Origin: an uncultured Rhodocyclaceae bacterium
Lineage (GTDB): Bacteria > Pseudomonadota > Gammaproteobacteria > Burkholderiales > Ga0077523
Direction of reading: 5' to 3'
DNA length: 44,401 nt
Assembly: GCA_964510915.1 (NCBI GenBank)
Contig: CAZEDA010000002.1
Coordinates: 1-44,401, forward strand
Position numbers and translations under genes: made by a program. Under the pieces are notes generated by a model. The model had not been told where the DNA came from, did no database searches, and worked only from the letters and a program-made list of their open reading frames with translations. Of this stretch, positions 42,546 through 44,401 are shown piece by piece; the stretch's first letter is position 1, and every line of letters begins with the position of its first letter.

Positions 42546-43732
42546 GTGCGCCGCGGCTGCTGTTCCTCATCAGCGAGGACTGGTTCTTCTGCTCCCATCG
42601 CCTGCCGCTTGCCATCGCCGCGCGCGAGGCTGGTTTCCACGTCACCGTGGCCACGCGCGTCGGCAAGGATGCCGAGCGCATCCGCGCTGCCGGGCTCGAT
42701 CTGATTCCTCTGCACTGGTCCCGTCGCAGCACCCATCCGCTGAGGGAACTCGCCGCGCTGCGTGAGGTGATCGCCGTGTTCCGCAAGGTGCGGCCCCACA
42801 TCGTGCATCAGGTGGCCATCAAGCCGGTGCTGTACGGGTCGGTCGCGGCGAGGGTGACGCGCGTGCCGATCATCATCAACGCCGTGGCGGGGCTGGGCTA
42901 CGTCTTCGCCTCGCAGGACTTCAAGGCCAGGGTGCTGCGCCCGATCCTGCGCGCCGCGTTCCATCTGCTGCTCGATCGCCACAACGCGCGACTCATCCTG
43001 CAGAACCGCGACGACGCCGAGCAGTTCACCCGCGAGCGCATCGTCGAACGCTCGCGCGTGACGCTGATCCGAGGCTCCGGCGTCGATCCGTCGCGCTTCA
43101 CCGTCGTGCCCGAGCTGGAAGGCCCGCCATTGGTCGTACTCCCCGCGCGAATGCTGCGCGACAAGGGCGTGGAGGAATTCGTGCAGGCGGCGCGCGCGTT
43201 GCGGCGAGATGGCGTGCAGGCCCGTTTCGCCCTGGTGGGTTCGCCCGACCCGGAGAACCTCGCCTGCATCCCCGAGACACAGCTGACCGAGTGGCAGGCC
43301 GAGGGCGTCATCGAGTACTGGGGCTGGTGCAACGACATGATTCCGGTGTTCCAGCAGGCCCATGTCGTGTGCCTGCCGTCCTATCGCGAAGGATTGCCCA
43401 AGGCGCTGATCGAGGCCGCCGCCTGCGGCCGGGCGATCGTCACGACGGACGTGCCGGGCTGCCGCGAAGTCGTGACCGACGGTGACAACGGGCTGCTAGT
43501 TTCTGCGCGTGATGCCGACAGCCTTGCCCGCGCACTGCGCCGGCTCATCGAGGACACGGCGCTGCGTCAGGCGATGGGGCGCCGCGGCCGCGAGCGGGCG
43601 GAGCAGGAGTTTTCCATGACCCGCGTCATCGCCGAGACGTTCGCGCTCTACCGCAGCGCCATGACCGAGGCCGGCGAACGCGTCCCGCCATTGACCGGTG
43701 CGGCCGTCGCCGCCACCCGCGCGGAAAGATGA
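42542..43732 (+). CDS. GT4-family (GT-B) glycosyltransferase
   Basis: TTG start overlapping the asnB stop (TTGA). LLFLISEDWFFCSHRLPLA, followed by the EX7E region SYREGLPKALIEAAACGRAIVTTDVPGCREVV. Confidence 0.85.
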   Translation: MSAPRLLFLISEDWFFCSHRLPLAIAAREAGFHVTVATRVGKDAERIRAAGLDLIPLHWSRRSTHPLRELAALREVIAVFRKVRPHIVHQVAIKPVLYGSVAARVTRVPIIINAVAGLGYVFASQDFKARVLRPILRAAFHLLLDRHNARLILQNRDDAEQFTRERIVERSRVTLIRGSGVDPSRFTVVPELEGPPLVVLPARMLRDKGVEEFVQAARALRRDGVQARFALVGSPDPENLACIPETQLTEWQAEGVIEYWGWCNDMIPVFQQAHVVCLPSYREGLPKALIEAAACGRAIVTTDVPGCREVVTDGDNGLLVSARDADSLARALRRLIEDTALRQAMGRRGRERAEQEFSMTRVIAETFALYRSAMTEAGERVPPLTGAAVAATRAER

Positions 43733-44401
43733 CCGGGCTCACTGCGGCGGTCCTCGGCGGCGGACTGTGCTTCGTCGTCCTGTGGTGGCTCCTGCGTTCG
43801 GGCCGCGCGGCCATCGCTCTGGATCGCCCCAACGAGCGGTCGCTGCACACTCGGCCGATCCCCCGTGTGGGCGGGCTCGGCATCATGGCGGGGGCGCTGC
43901 CAGTGCTGGTCGTGTCCGGCGTGCCATGGGTGCTGCCGGCGGCGGCGCTGATGCTGTCGGTCGTGTCGTTCGCCGACGATCGCAAGGGTTTGCCCATCGG
44001 CCTGCGCTTCGGCGCGCACTTCGCGGCCGCGGGGGCGCTGCTGGCGTTGGGAGTGTCTGCCGCGGGATTGGGCTGGACGCTGCCGATCGTTGCGGTGGCC
44101 GTTGTCTGGATGACCAACCTCTACAACTTCATGGATGGTTCGGACGGCCTGGCCGGCGGCATGGCGATGTTCGGGTTCGGCGCCTATGCCGTTGCGGGCC
44201 ATGTCGTTGGTGACACCGCGCTTGCGGCCGGCGCCGCCGGCATTGCTGCCGCAGCCGGCGCCTTCCTCGTGTTCAACTTCCACCCCGCGCGGGTCTTCAT
44301 GGGGGACGCGGGCTCGATTCCACTGGGCTTTCTCGCTGCGGCGCTCGGGCTCGTCGGGTGGGCGCGCGGCCACTGGCCCCTCTGGTTTCCCGTCGTCGTG
44401 T
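43729..44401 (+). CDS. Polyprenyl-phosphate N-acetylhexosamine-1-phosphate transferase (WbpL/WecA, MraY-like family), 3' end outside window
   Basis: My own translation from the ATG at 43729 (ATGA overlap with the upstream gene): MTGLTAAVLGGGLCFVVLWWLLRSGRAAIALDRPNERSLHTRPIPRVGGLGIMAG. The D.PN.RS.H..P.PR.GG motif is diagnostic. The frame stays open and hydrophobic to the window end (NLYNFMDGSDGLAGG is also present). Confidence 0.85.
   Translation, partial: MTGLTAAVLGGGLCFVVLWWLLRSGRAAIALDRPNERSLHTRPIPRVGGLGIMAGALPVLVVSGVPWVLPAAALMLSVVSFADDRKGLPIGLRFGAHFAAAGALLALGVSAAGLGWTLPIVAVAVVWMTNLYNFMDGSDGLAGGMAMFGFGAYAVAGHVVGDTALAAGAAGIAAAAGAFLVFNFHPARVFMGDAGSIPLGFLAAALGLVGWARGHWPLWFPVVV

Noticed and set aside
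1-44401. Search for CRISPR repeats, tRNA/rRNA genes, IS elements/transposases, integrases, toxin-antitoxin pairs and phage-defence signatures (nucleases, STAND/AAA ATPases, reverse transcriptases).
   Set aside because: I noticed no regularly spaced direct repeats, no cloverleaf-like or rRNA-like segments, and no ORF with transposase, integrase, nuclease or defence-type motifs. Every well-supported ORF belongs to glycan biosynthesis or export.

Overview
GC-rich, tightly packed cell-surface glycan (O-antigen/capsule-type) biosynthesis locus from a Gram-negative, proteobacterium-like genome. I support about 40 protein-coding genes. I found no rRNA, tRNA, CRISPR array, IS element or phage/defence-type gene. 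There are four transcription blocks. (1) A plus-strand operon at 1297-5983 encodes a B12-binding radical SAM enzyme, a GHMP sugar kinase and a ThDP-dependent E1 alpha/beta pair; a 5'-truncated FAD protein lies upstream. (2) A minus-strand operon at 17073-5999 runs wzm, wzt, STELLO-like GT, GT-A-like protein, TylF-type methyltransferase, small ORF, gmd-like dehydratase, sulfotransferase with a long coiled coil, TVP38/DedA-like membrane protein and two GT2 genes. (3) A minus-strand operon at 28726-18234 runs ColD-like 3-dehydratase, HddC-like nucleotidyltransferase, SDR, GT2, small ORF, two-domain GT, two methyltransferases and a GT-C enzyme. (4) A plus-strand operon from 28944 to the window end runs atypical SDR, NUDIX, a 950-aa membrane-domain/MurJ-like fusion, gmhB, Wzx-like flippase, DUF268 MT, GT2, MT, GT11, FkbM MT, GT2, asnB-like amidotransferase, GT4 and a WbpL/WecA-type initiating transferase. 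The most interesting inferences are: a WbdD-like chain terminator/ruler whose catalytic head is a sulfotransferase, paired with a long Wzt that carries a C-terminal extra domain; a GDP-heptose to 6-deoxy/3,6-dideoxy-heptose route that includes a His-for-Lys ColD-type dehydratase; an E1 alpha/beta pair with no E2/E3 partner, plus a B12-rSAM, which suggests a C-branched or C-methylated sugar; a polytopic membrane domain fused to a MurJ-like flippase; and a GT2 / TVP38(DedA) / GT-C set that looks like a periplasmic glycan-modification module. All functional calls come from motif and family recognition by eye. No database search was run.
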